Positions 36,562 through 49,403 of a stretch of DNA of 64,000 nucleotides are shown here, in pieces. The notes under the pieces were generated by a model. That model searched no databases and had not been told where the DNA came from. It worked only from the letters and a program-made list of their open reading frames with translations. Positions within the stretch are counted from its first letter, which is position 1; each line of letters begins with the position of its first letter. The translations under genes were made by a program, and so were the position numbers. Source of the DNA: Octopus sinensis (Eukaryota); contig NC_043016.1 in NCBI RefSeq assembly GCF_006345805.1, positions 9,424,001 to 9,488,000 of the forward strand, given 5' to 3'.

Positions 36562-36754
36562 TACACATACACACATGAGCTTATATACATAGTGCTGTGT
36601 GTGCATACACATACCGCTAACATTATACATACACCCGTATAATTTGTGGGTGTATGTATATTTGTGCTCAAATCCTGTTCAATAGTTCGGGGTATGACAT
36701 ACCCGCATATATGCATGTATGTATGTATATATATTGTTGTATTTAGGAATGGTC

Positions 36755-36800
<46 letters not shown>

Positions 36801-36932
36801 TACATATATGCGGGTGTGTTATACCCCGAACTATTGAACGGGATTTGAGCACAAATTATACGGGTGTATGTATAATCTTAGCTGTATGTATACACACACA
36901 GGACTGTATATAAGCTCATGTGTGTATGTGTA
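36562..36932. repeat. Long inverted repeat (arms ~36562-36713 and 36803-36932)
   Basis: The arms are reverse complements (e.g. tgctcaaatcctgttcaatagttcggggtat / ataccccgaactattgaacgggatttgagca). The ORF track shows mirrored peptides. Confidence 0.92.
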
Positions 36933-37424
36933 TATATATATATATATATATACATGCACATGTATGAACGTACTTTTATGAGTGATATCTACATACATAT
37001 ATATACACATGTGCATATGAATGTTCATATATATGTATGCATACATGTACATATATATATATATATATATGTACATGTACTATAGTATTAATATACATAT
37101 ACACACCACACGCACGTGTGTGTGTATATGTGTGAAAATGTATCTTACATGTATGTATAAATTCATTTTGCATATTCCGTGTGTGTGTATGTATGAATAT
37201 CTTGTACATTGTATATATGTTGTACAAGTTATGGTACCATTAACATAATCCTGACAAATATGACAATAACTGATGCTTTGAATTAACAGGCACGAACCAT
37301 TCCACAGTTTAAACGTCTACCCCGATTTCACCCGAGTCGGCTCTTGGCTGTCTATGGCCTATCATAGGGCACTGCCTCAGGTGCGACGTAGAACGAACTG
37401 GCACCTCGCTATTAGACATACATA

Positions 37425-37815
37425 TATCTTTTTTTTTCTGTCTTTTACTTCTTTCAGTTACTGGATTGCGGCCATGATGGGGCACCGCCTTGAATGGTTT
37501 AGTCGAACGAATCGATCCCAGTATTTTTTTTAGACCGGGTACTTATTCTGTCGGTCTTTATTTGCCTAACTGCTAAGTCACAGGGACGTAAATAAACCAA
37601 CACCGGTTGACAAGCAGTAATAGGAGGCACAAAGAAACACGTACACACAAACGACGGGCTTCTTTCAGTTTCCGTCTACTAAATCCATTCACAAGGCTTT
37701 GGTCGGCACGGGGTCTAAAGCAGAAAACACTTGCCCAAAGGGGCCGCGCCACTGGGACTGAACCCAGGACCAAATGGTTGGGAAGCAAGCTTCTTAACTA
37801 CACTGCCACGCTTGC
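37425..37815 (-). mobile_element. SINE family A, diverged
   Basis: Consensus blocks gacgggcttctttcagtttccgtctac and cacttgcccaa. Confidence 0.85.
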
Positions 37816-38674
37816 TCCCATTGTACATAACAATCCATGGATATTTCTAGATATGTCGGTAATCATTTATTTTTGAATTCCGTAATAATATAAGCAATAA
37901 GCTAATGAACTGTCCAGATTATGTATTGTATATGAACATGCGATTAAAAATCAGTTCGATCATTCATTGACGATTTTATTGTAATATATGAATCTTTTAT
38001 CTTCATCACCATTACTGAATCTTGTCTGCGTGACTATTCAATCAATGTCTTTTATTTAATATAATATAATGAAATTATTGTATGCAGTGCTCAGGTGCAC
38101 CACATAACTCCATTTCACACCAGATATCGATCCACAGTTTCTGAGCAGTACTTGATTTATCGACCATTGAAATAAAGGCAGAGTTGGCTGCGGCAGGATC
38201 TGAACGCATGTGTATATAAATATATATATATATAGATAGATAGATATAAAGAAAGAAAAATAGAGAAAAAAAAATCATGCATAGGTATAGAGACAGGAGA
38301 CATAGATGGATAACTAGATGGTTAGGATGTGTGGGGGTTCGTGCATGATATTTAACAAGCCGGGGAAAGGTACCCAATACCACATAGAGTGTAGTAGTTT
38401 ATTTGGCCTGAACCCGTACCCTGCAAAATCCTGAGTTTCCCAGATAGGCTTGGCTGATCCTTACACACCGAGAAAACTCCGGTTATAGGCTTACCGGACC
38501 AGCCTCAAATACATACGTGCATATTAAAGTTCATGTATTTATTGCAATCTAAGATGTTTTATATACACCGTTGCCACTCAGTTTTGCTTTGATCTTTATC
38601 ATGTATTGCATGATGAGCAAAATGAGTTGAACTCTGGACTAATAGTTTGTCTGTGTATCTCTCTGTTTGTCTCT

Positions 38675-38729
<55 letters not shown>

Positions 38730-38749
38730 ATATATAATATATAATATTA

Positions 38750-39047
38750 CCGTGACCGACCAGGCTATCAGATGTTGCTACACATCGCTGGTCACAATGC
38801 GCTTCTCATTGTTTTAGCCTTCAAATGACGCCACCCTGCTGGCTAGGCGAGCAGGCCACCAGAAGAAAGAGTGAGAGAAAGTTGGGGCGAAAGAGTACAG
38901 CAGGGATCGCCACCACCCCCTGCCGGAGCCTCGTGGAGCTTTTAGGTGTTTTCACTCAATAAACACTCACAACACGCTCGGCCTGGGAATCGAAACAGCG
39001 ATCCTACAACCGCGAGTCCGCTGCCCTAACCACTGGGCCATTGCGCC
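38750..39047 (-). mobile_element. SINE family C (full length)
   Basis: Reverse complement of ggcgcaatggcccagtggttagggcagcggactcgcgg..., homologous to 1480-1670. Confidence 0.85.
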
Positions 39048-39095
39048 AAGCTCTTCTAAATTCACGGCAATACATACACGCATATATATATATAA

Positions 39096-39156
<61 letters not shown>

Positions 39157-41108
39157 TGTATTGCAGTGAATTTAGAAGAGCTTGCAAAACCTGGATAGTT
39201 TCTGCGTGGAGCAAAGCATCTCTGAATGTTTATTATACACCTATGTGTGCGTGTATATGTAAAATTCTTTGTATAAATATATATGCATGCACATACACAC
39301 ATGTATACACATATATCTTATAAAGCAACTGTATTTAAACAGGAGTAGGTTTTTCTCTCTGGGTCCTGTTGCACCCATTAAGGACTCTTTCTCTGTCGTG
39401 TATGTATGTATGTGTATATACTTGTAAATATATACATATATATGTGTGTATATATATATAGTGCTTGTGTACTAGTGTCTAAAAGACAGGTGGTATGTGT
39501 GTAGTTATCATCTCCATCCATTTAATACACATTTAAATATTTGAATGGTTTCTTCTGGAACAATGGTTTAAAGGGTTTGTACGTATGGCCATCGCAGACC
39601 CTCTGGAGACTGGCTGAGATTGACGCGGCGGCAGATGTCCTACGAACATATTCTCAGAAATCCTTCAGTGATATCGAAATGTCGCTGATTGTGGCTTGTT
39701 TAAACTGAATGTTTTACGCACACCTTAATTATGTTTACAAATCCCTTCTGTATATGTGTATATATATGTGTGTGTGTACGTGTACGTTCATTACGTGTGT
39801 ATATTATTATATGTATATATTTTAATCACCAATGCAATCAAAAGAAATCAAAACACCGCACTGGCCGTATAGGCGCACACGCACATATACACGTAGGTAC
39901 ATACATACAACTCGCGCAACCTCATACATATGCACCCGTATAAATATATTAATATTTGTTTAGCTGTCGGCTGTTCCAAGATTTCAGTTGAAAAGACAAG
40001 ATCAAAGGATTATTTATCTTCGCCATCTTGCCCCCAACAACTCATGTGAAATGTTTGCCCCGTGTCTTGTTTATTTCCAGGCCTGATTTTTCTTTACTTT
40101 TTTTTTTTTTTTAAGTTCTCATGCAACAATCGTCTTTACAAATCGGGGACAATTTGAAGGACCATATTATCGATAAATGTCTGAGATCAAGACGAGGAGG
40201 TGATTATCAAAAGTGCCCTTGGTTGTTCTGTGGGTGGTACTAATTCTTACCTACCCATGACAGACCGACAAAATATCTCTTAAAAATACGTATAATTCCT
40301 TCTTTTTTTTTCCCCCAGCACCCACCCACCCATCTCTTTCTCTTTATTCTCTTGTGCATAACTTTGTCTTGCTTTCTCTTTCACTTCATCCGAAGCCAGA
40401 ATGTCTGTATATATCTCTCTCTCTCCTCTGCATAACTCCCAGTCCTTAAGTGCGCTTTCTATATGTCTTTCTCTCTCTCTCGCATACTTTCATATTGTCT
40501 ATCCCTCTCGGTTCCTCTCTTTCTTCCCAATCTCTTGTTCTCTTTGTATTCCTGTCTGCCTCTCTCGGAGGGTTTGTTGTACGCCCTCCCTCTAATTATT
40601 AAAAACATAATCTGGTCTATATCAAAGAACACTAATCTATTTATGTTTTACTGTCTGTCTCAAATGCACATCTGTTTCTTCTCTCTTTTTTCCGTCCGTC
40701 CTACACCTCGCCTCCTCTGGATGTAAAGATGTGCGTATATACATACATACATACATACATCTGTGTGGTGAGTGTGTGTGTGTGATTTTGCTGTATTATT
40801 AATAATCGACAGAAGTTACAGAGTGACTCAAGGGCCGAGAGTTTCGGACTAAGTGCACGAAATTCGCGGACTATGACTCACTCTTGTAACTTGTCAGTTA
40901 TTAATTATATATATTTAACTTTTTTTTTGGAACATGATTTCGAAGCACATAACTACTATAAATGATAGGATGTAAATACGGGGATGAAAGACCCTTTTGG
41001 GTAGAAAAATGCGATGGGATTTCAGTTGTTGGGCTTGCGGCGCCGCCTTCTTGTTTTTAGTAGGTTTTATCGACCCCGGTATTAATTTTATCGAACTCTC
41101 AATCTGTT

Positions 41109-41166
<58 letters not shown>

Positions 41167-41642
41167 TATATATTATGGTGTATATTAGTAAAGTTTTTGT
41201 TGAATGGGACTTCTTGTTTCGCCCGACAGTCTATTTAACCTGTCTCTATCCTCGGAATTGAGCCACGACATCGTCCAGTGTCCCGTTGATGTTCTTAGAC
41301 TTGCTTCAAAATAAAATAAACTCAATTCAACATTTGATATAATATTGTATAACATATACCTTAATAGAAACTAACATATATTTATGTGTGTGTCTGTCTG
41401 TCTGATCCTTGTAGTTCGCTTGAAACAATAAAGTTCTAGAATTCGTTTTTAACAATATTTCCAGGCTGTTCCACCCACCCTTTATATTCAGGATATGGAG
41501 TGGTGCTGACTTCTTTCTGTGTACTATCACTTTTTATAGTGAGTGGTTTTTGATTTTTTGCAGGCTTTGCAGTCAGTATTTCGTTTACATAGATTTCACA
41601 GTAAGAAATTGGCTGCTGGGGTTCCACGTCATCAGATTTGTG

Positions 41643-41679
<37 letters not shown>

Positions 41680-41849
41680 ATGCGTGTGTATCAACTTCCA
41701 TCGTCGTTTTAACATCTACCTCTCCTTATCTGCATATAACAGACAAAATTTGTTGAGTTAGAATTTCTACGGCTGGAGCCCTACATGTCAATACAAGGAG
41801 ACACACATACACGCATTTTAAATATGTATATATATATATATGTGTGTGT

Positions 41850-42003
41850 GTGTGACTTTCAGTTTCCATCTGCCAAATCCACGCACAAGGCTTTGGTCAG
41901 CCCAAGGTTAGAGTAGAAGATACTTGCCCAAGGTGACACGCAGTGGGACTGAACCCAGAACCATGTTGTTGGTAAGCAAGCTACTTACCGTGCAGTCACT
42001 CCT
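41850..42003 (-). mobile_element. SINE family A, 5' half
   Basis: tacttgcccaaggtgacacgcagtgggactgaacccagaacc. Confidence 0.85.
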
Positions 42004-42729
42004 ATATATATATATATATATAGAGAGAAGAGAGATAATCTGTATGTATATGTAAATATATATATATATTTTTATGTATATATAATATATATGTAATATA
42101 TAAATACAAAGCGAATGTACACAAAGTGCAATCATTGCTAGACAGCAGCCGGTAAGTTTATCGGTGCTGCGTAAAGCTTCACTGGCACAGGCTGAAATAT
42201 ATATATATATATATTATATATATTATATATATATTATATATATATATATATATACATATGTGTGTCTGTGTTTGGCTCTCAGTGTTTATGTTTTACCAAG
42301 AAAGAGATTGATAGAACAAGTACTAGATTTTAAAAACAAGTACTATGGTCACTTTTATTGGCTAACTTGTATGATCATTTGGTTCAAGAAACTTTCTTCT
42401 CAATGTAATGTTAGGTTCAGTTTCACTGCACAAAACCTTGGCAAGATGTCATTTGCTTTTGCATTGAAGAATGTGTGCATGACAGTTGTCATTCCTGCTT
42501 TTCACATGTGATTGTCTGAACAAGGAAACAGATGTGTGTTTACTTTCCCAGAGAATATGAGTTGCCACACCCCTACCGTCTTGAAGTGGTGGTTTAAAAA
42601 CAAATCTTGTGTTTGTTAGTTCATGGGTTCAGTTCACAGGCTAAGAGGTACCATGTCTTTACACTAGGTACTTCATTTCATGTTACACTATTCCACTGAG
42701 CTGAAATTAATCCCAATGGTATCTAGAAT

Positions 42730-42940
42730 GCGGCGAGCTGGCAGAAACGTTAGCACGTCGGGCGAAATGCTTAACGGTATTTCGTCTGTCTTTACATTGT
42801 GAGTTCAAATTCCGCCGGGGTCGACTTTGCCTTTCATCCTTTCGGGGTCGATTAAATAAGTACCAGTTACACACTGGGGTCGACATAATCGACTTAATCC
42901 GTTTACCTGTCCTTGCTTGTCCCTTCTGTGTTTAGCCCCT
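42730..42940 (+). mobile_element. SINE family B
   Basis: gcggcgagctggcagaaacgttagcacgtcgggcgaaatgc... Confidence 0.9.
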
Positions 42941-44325
42941 CTATCTAGTAAGGTTAACTGTATGAGCCATTGGTCCACCCATTGAAATCCAGCTGCTTAA
43001 ATGCTTTGGAAACTGAATAAGCTCCAGCTTAAAGCGCCTGTGTGCTTGAGACACACTGTTTATCTACTTATCTGTCTACACAAACACACACACCGAGTGC
43101 ATTTGCCACTATATCACACAAAGGTCTTAACTAAACTATCAACATGCTAAACTGCCATAAACAGTTCCTTTTCTAAACACTAATAACCATTAAAATTGCT
43201 ACTAATTTCCTAATATGTCATTTTAAAAAAATGCATAAATTAAGAACCCCTTATCCTCACACCAGAATGTGTGTGTGTGTATCCACCAGTCTATATATAT
43301 TATTATTATTATTTTCTGTTGTTAGTCATTAGACTGCAGCCATGCTGAGGCACCATTTTGAACAGTTTTAGTTAGTCAGTGTGTTTGTCTTAATTTTGTT
43401 ATTTCTGACTTTTTTTTCTTTTTTTTGCTGAACTACTACATTACAGGACATAAATACCATACTTTGGTTGTGAAGCACTTAGAGACAAGCATTAACATGC
43501 ACACGCATATAAGTTCATTTCATTTGATGTCACTTGTTCTTTACTAGCATTGCTTAGATGGTAGCAAATTGCAACAGGATTTTTATGGCTGGGTGCACTG
43601 CTTATTACCAATCCATACTTGTCTCTTTTTTTTTCTAAGTAAGGGATGTTTTTATTCCAGTAAAATTCTAACAGTGCCTATCAAAAGGATAGATAAACCC
43701 AATAAGGGATCAACAATTTTGTGACACTTGTGTGGAGATTTAGGAATGTTTCTAATGGTGAATGATTGTACAAGACCACTTGGGAGTAATGAACCCTTAT
43801 TTCTAGTTAAAAACATCTGCCTAGGAGAAGAATACTCAGATATAGAACTTGTGGGTTATTCAGCTTCTTGTTGTCCCAACCAATATTGGGCCACTGGGAA
43901 GAAAGGTGTTCTATCTGAAAAGCGAGTGCATTCACTTCACTTACTATAATTAATTTCACACAAGGGAACTTCTTATAAATGAACTCTATAGAAAAAATTC
44001 TGTGGTGGAATTATGCAATTGGAAAGCTACACAAAGACATTTAGGTCTATTGGTTGCTTCTTTTTCAATATATGACAATGGGAGAGATTCAGCAGCACTT
44101 CAAGTGACCGAGCAGCCCTTTTCAGGGGTAACACTGTTCATCTTTTAATCAAGAAAGCTTAAAAAAAAAAAGGTGATCTGAACAAATTTTGCTTGAGTCT
44201 GGAGTTGGCCTGCAACTGTTGGCTCTGCTCTCCTTGTGACTTTCCATGATAGCATCAAAGAAATCTACAACTTTTCAAGACCTGATCATATTTGAACAGG
44301 AGTGTGTATATGTATATATAATATA

Positions 44326-44690
44326 CTAGCAGTATCGCCCGGCGTTGCTCGGGTTTGTAAGGGAAATAACTATAAAGCATTTTTAGAGAGTTATAGCCAA
44401 AAAATGGGGGGAAAAATTATGGTAAATTTTTTTTGAGAGTTAAAAAGGTCGAGTTGCGTCCCCTAGACAGTCTGTGGTTTGTGTTTCTGATTCTCGACCC
44501 ATGTCGAATTTATCGATTTTTTTCAGAACTGGGGGAACTTTTCAAAATTTTCGCTGCGTTAGTTTTGAATTATGACATTGGGCTGTCAAGTTTCATCAGA
44601 ATCGGTTGAAAGCCGTGGTCAGGGTGAGGGTACAACCTGACAGACACACAGAAACACGCACAGACAAACTGCCGTTTATATATAGAGAGA
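44326..44690 (-). mobile_element. Non-autonomous Helitron (second family)
   Basis: Minus strand: A|TC start (44691|44690), hairpin cccg-agcaacgc-cggg (44338-53), then CTAG|T end at 44326. Confidence 0.78.
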
Positions 44691-44883
44691 TGAAGTCAGC
44701 ATAAATATAAAGTTGTAGATATTATTATTATTATCATCAGTTAACGTCTGTTGTCCATGCTGGCATATATATATATATACCGGAGTAAGCACATAAATGT
44801 GAAACAAGGTGGAAAAAAGAATACTCAAATACCAGAGGCAGAGTAATATGCTTTATTTAAAAGCAGCAGAAATATAACAAATG

Positions 44884-44921
44884 CTGTTACTTAGAGTTTC
44901 ACGTTCCCATTCGTCAGACAA
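44884..44921 (-). ncRNA. Minimal type I hammerhead ribozyme, intact core
   Basis: TTGT-CTGACGA-ATG GGAA CGT-GAAA-CT CTA AG-TA|ACAG: 4-bp stem I, 3-bp stem II, 3-bp stem III. Predicted cleavage after 44888. Confidence 0.72.
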
Positions 44922-45534
44922 ACGGGAACGGGAAACTCTTAGTAACAGCTTTTGTTATATTTCTGCTGCTTTTAAATAATATATATATATATAAATTGTG
45001 CATGAATTAATGCGTTTCTCCTTGTCCTGACATGAGATCACAAAAGTTGCGAATAATGTTGTTTATTGTGCAAAGGACTAGAGAAAATATTATCTTACAT
45101 GGAATCTGGTAAGAGTTGGCAACTGGAAGAGCATCTATTTTATTACACCTCACCAAAGTTTCATCTGACCCATGCGACTATGGAAAAGTAAACATTGAAA
45201 CAATGATAACATGTGCATATATAGATGTGGGTGTGTGCTAATGTTGATTTCCTTCCATGGCTCTGCTTGTCACTGTCCCAATGAATTGGTGATAGAGTAA
45301 TGACAGGTTATTCTGTTTTCAAAGAGCGTTGAATTTTTTCAGTGACTTGAAAAACAGTTAAGGTATTGGCAATTGGAGAGGCATCCAGTTGTAACACGTT
45401 ACCTCAAATGAGTCCCTAAACAATGATAAGTGAACTGAAATGAATAAATGAATGTGCATGAACCCAAGCCAAACTGTTATGATATACATAACTTGTGCCA
45501 AATGTGTCTGTTGAGTGCCACTTTCTTTCACTAG

Positions 45535-45715
45535 CATGCCAGGCGAAATGCTCAGTGGTATTTCATCTGTCTTTGTGTTCTGGGTTCAAATTCCGCCATG
45601 GTTGACTGTCTTTTGTCCTTTCGGGGTCGATAAATTGAGTACCTGTTGCATACTGGGGTTGATCTAATCAACTGGCCCCCTCCCCCAAAATTTCAGGCCT
45701 TTTGCCTGGAGTAGA
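45535..45715 (+). mobile_element. SINE family B-related, partial
   Basis: gggttcaaattccgcc...ctttcggggtcgataaattgagtacc. Confidence 0.75.
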
Positions 45716-46239
45716 AATTCTTCCTTTCATTTGTCTACTTCTGGTTGGAGAACCCGTAGCTCTGACATCTCAGTTTTGGCATAGTTTCTAAAGCTGGATG
45801 CCTTTCCTAATGCCTACCACTTTACAGACGGTACTGAGTGTTTTTTATTGTGGCACCTTCTAACTCACAGGACTAAAGAGTTCCTTCAGCTGTGAGAGAG
45901 AATAGGAGATAAGGAGGCCTTATGTGTAATGTTAGATTAATGATGGTGGGAGGAACAGGAACTGGTCTACTGTTGTGGAGATTGTGGGATACCTCACATT
46001 ACATACAGGTGAATGAGATGGATGGGGTGGTGGCAGAAAAGAAGCAGATAATGGTGACAAGGAACCAGAGTGTATCCTCCAGATAACATGCCCAACATGG
46101 TGATATACAATAGAATGTGAAAGATAGAACAATGGATAACGGTTGCAAAAGTGGATGTATTGTGGGTGGGGGTGAATAGAAAGGTGATAAATGGTAGTGC
46201 AAAAAGGGTAATAATATGCAGTAATGAGTTCTGCTTCTA

Positions 46240-46529
46240 TTAATTCGCTTCGCTTAACAACGTCACTTCACTAGCACCTGTGCCGGTGGCACGTGTAAAA
46301 AGATTCAAGCGAGGTCGTTGCCAGTACCGCCTGACTGGCCCCCGTGCCGGTGGCACATAAAAGGCACCCACTACACTCTCGGAGTGGTTGGAGTTAGGAA
46401 GGGCATCCAGCTGTAGAAACTCTGCCAGATCAAGATTGGAGCCTGGTGCTGCCATCTGCTTCGCCAGCCCTCGGTCAAAATCGTCCAACCCATGCTAGAA
46501 TGGAAAGTGGACATTAAATGATGACGATG
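46240..46529 (+). mobile_element. RTE LINE 3' end
   Basis: ggttggagttaggaagggcatccagctgtagaaa...catgctagaatggaaagtggacattaaatgatgacgatg. Confidence 0.85.
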
Positions 46530-46639
46530 CATCAGAATAAAACAGTTGATTGATGAGTGAAAGAAGATGAAGTTAACAAGGGTGAGCAGCAGGACCGGTG
46601 TGTATTGAGCAGTTGTGTATATTCATATTGTACTTCCAC

Positions 46640-47080
46640 AACACATTGCTCTCCTTGTATATAACTGGGTAGGTCTTCTCAAGCATTCCATTTCACCAAT
46701 CTTCTTGGGTCTTTCATTTCCATAACACTCAACATACTGAGATCTGTTTTACCTCGGCTTCCCTTTTGCACTGGTTTCATCTACCATAAACTGTGGGCAC
46801 TTCTTTATACAGCTGTCCTCATCCATACACATCACATGACCATACTAACTCGGTTTTCTCTTTTTGCATGCTGTATCTAATTCTTCTTATGCCCAGTTTT
46901 ACTCAACACATTCATTCTCCATTGTTCATGTACATTTACATTACCCATCCAGCAGAGAGAGAGAGAGAGCAGAGCATGCTTGCTTCATTTCTTTCAAGTT
47001 TTGTAGACGTGGGCCTCCCTGTATCTATCATCTGTCCACCAACTTCATAAGACAAGGTGATGTGCAACCGAACTAAACCC
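46640..47080 (-). mobile_element. Old RTE LINE ORF fragment
   Basis: Diverged similarity to 12869-13270 (e.g. ctcatccatacacatcacatgaccatac). Confidence 0.55.
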
Positions 47081-47553
47081 AAGACCACACAACTGTGAAG
47101 CGAATTTCCCAGCTACACATCTATGTTAGATCCTTTCATTGTAATTCACTATTTAAATTACCATATTTAGTACATTAGCACACCTTGTTCACTATTTATA
47201 AAGCAAACAGTTTGCACTTGTAGAAGCTGAAGTGTTCTCAGTTTCTGCTAGTTTCTTAAATATTCAGCTGTCTCTGATAGGGACTCTCTTGCTGGCTCTT
47301 TTAGTGTAATGATAGCTTGCTTTAAGTGGCTTGCTCACACACGTGTGTGTGCATGCATGCATGAATGTCTGTGCTGTTTACATTATAAGGATTTATTTCT
47401 GTTTTAGAAATTTCAAGAGATATGAAATAAATTGTTTCAATGGTGAAACTCAGAGTAATAAAAATAAAGCTATAAATAATAATAACATGCAAAATATTGT
47501 TAAAAACACTTGGATAGAAAAAAATCAAAAGCTGCCTGTGGTATTCATGTGTG

Positions 47554-47592
<39 letters not shown>

Positions 47593-47602
47593 ATACATAT
47601 AT

Positions 47603-47662
<60 letters not shown>

Positions 47663-48796
47663 AGAGAGAGTGATGTATATATATGCTTAGATTTATTTTT
47701 ATATATGTATATACATACAAACTCATGAATACATACACATATATTTATATGTACAAATATTAAATTGAAAAACCATCAGTTGAGACTAACAAATTTCATG
47801 TATGTATACACATGTGTTTATATATGTATGTGTGCACATTTATGAGACTTCTGTGTTTGGTCTGGTGGTGGGTGAGATGGGGTCACTGCTGTTTCTTTCA
47901 TTCTTGCTTAGTCATACATTCATGCATTTATATAGGGGTGATGCCATGTACATGTACTCATGTATACATATTCACAGCCTTTTGTATAAACGTATATGAA
48001 TATATGTATGTTTGTGTGGATTTGTATGTATAATGTATGTATTACCTGCATGTGTGTATATGATTTTTTTTATGTGTGTGTGTATTGTTGATGTCAAGAA
48101 TTTAGAAGCTTCAAGAGAACGTGAAATAATTCGTTTTTGGATCAGTGAAACTCAAAGCCATAAAATATGTGTGTGTAGGAACATGTATGATTGATTTGCC
48201 TTAACATGGTTTTGAGTTTAGTCCCACTACATAGTGTCTTCAGCAAGTGTCTTTTATTATTGTCTCGGATCAAACAATGCTCTGTAAATGGAATTGTTAG
48301 AAAACTGCTTATCACTCTGTTGTGTGTATTTGTGTCAGCATATGTACCTATGTGAACGTTGATTCTATGTTTTAATTAATACCATTTGAGTAAAATACGG
48401 TGACATTCTTTGTTCTGCAATAAACAAATATCCTGTATTTAAGCAAACATATAAGGACCAGTGAAATGTAAAAAAAAAACTTTTTTGAATAACAAGGATT
48501 TGTTGATAGCGGGAAAATGCATCTAACCATAGAAAAATCTCATCTATGATTATCATTTTAATTAATGTCTCTTTTCCATGCTTGCATGGGTCAGAGTTTA
48601 TTGAGGCAAATTTTTTTATGTCTGAATGTTGTCCTTCATGATGCCCAACTCTTACCTGTTTCAAAACACGGTAGTATTTCTCCGTGGTCAGATATGTTTC
48701 TGCAGAATATCAGAAATAGTTGACATTCATTTACAACAATAAATTGTAATGTCGAGTGTAGGAAATGCAAATGTATATGAATATACATTTATATCA

Positions 48797-48956
48797 CAGG
48801 CTTCTTTCAGCATCCATCTACTAAATCCACTTAGAAAGTTTTGGTTGGCCTGATGCCATACAGTAAAAGACACTTTCCCAAGGTACCATGTAGTGGGACT
48901 GAACCTGAAACTATGTGGTTGGGAAGCAAGCTTCTTCACCATATAGCCACTTCTGC
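48797..48956 (-). mobile_element. SINE family A, 5' half
   Basis: Consensus match. Confidence 0.85.
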
Positions 48957-49009
48957 ATCAATATATATATATTTGTGTGTACATTGTTTGTATCTGCGTG
49001 TATGTATTT

Positions 49010-49358
49010 CAGGAGTGGCTGTGTGGTAAGTAACTTGCTTACTAACCACATGGTTCTGGGTTCAACCCCACTGCGTGGCACCTTGGGCAAGTGTCTTCTG
49101 CTGTAGCCACGGCCAACCAAAGCCTTGTGAGTGGTTTGGTGGACAGAAACTGAAAGAAGCCTGTCATATATATGTGTGTGTGTGTGTGTGTATGTTTGTA
49201 TGTCTGAGTCCCCATAACTTAGCAGTTCAGAAATGGAGACCAATAGAATAAGTACTAGGCTTACAAAGAATAAGTTCTGGGGTTGATTTGTTCAACTAAA
49301 GGCGGTGCTCCAGCATGGCTGCAGTCAAATGACTGAAACAAATAAAAGAGTAAAGAGT
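49010..49358 (+). mobile_element. SINE family A
   Basis: Full-length consensus match with tail. Confidence 0.9.
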
Positions 49359-49371
49359 AATATATTATATA

Positions 49372-49403
<32 letters not shown>

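Noticed and set aside
39560-39720. GC-richer island in the putative NXN intron
   Set aside because: I translated all plus frames and found short, unrecognisable peptides and no clear splice sites; minus frames gave nothing recognisable either.
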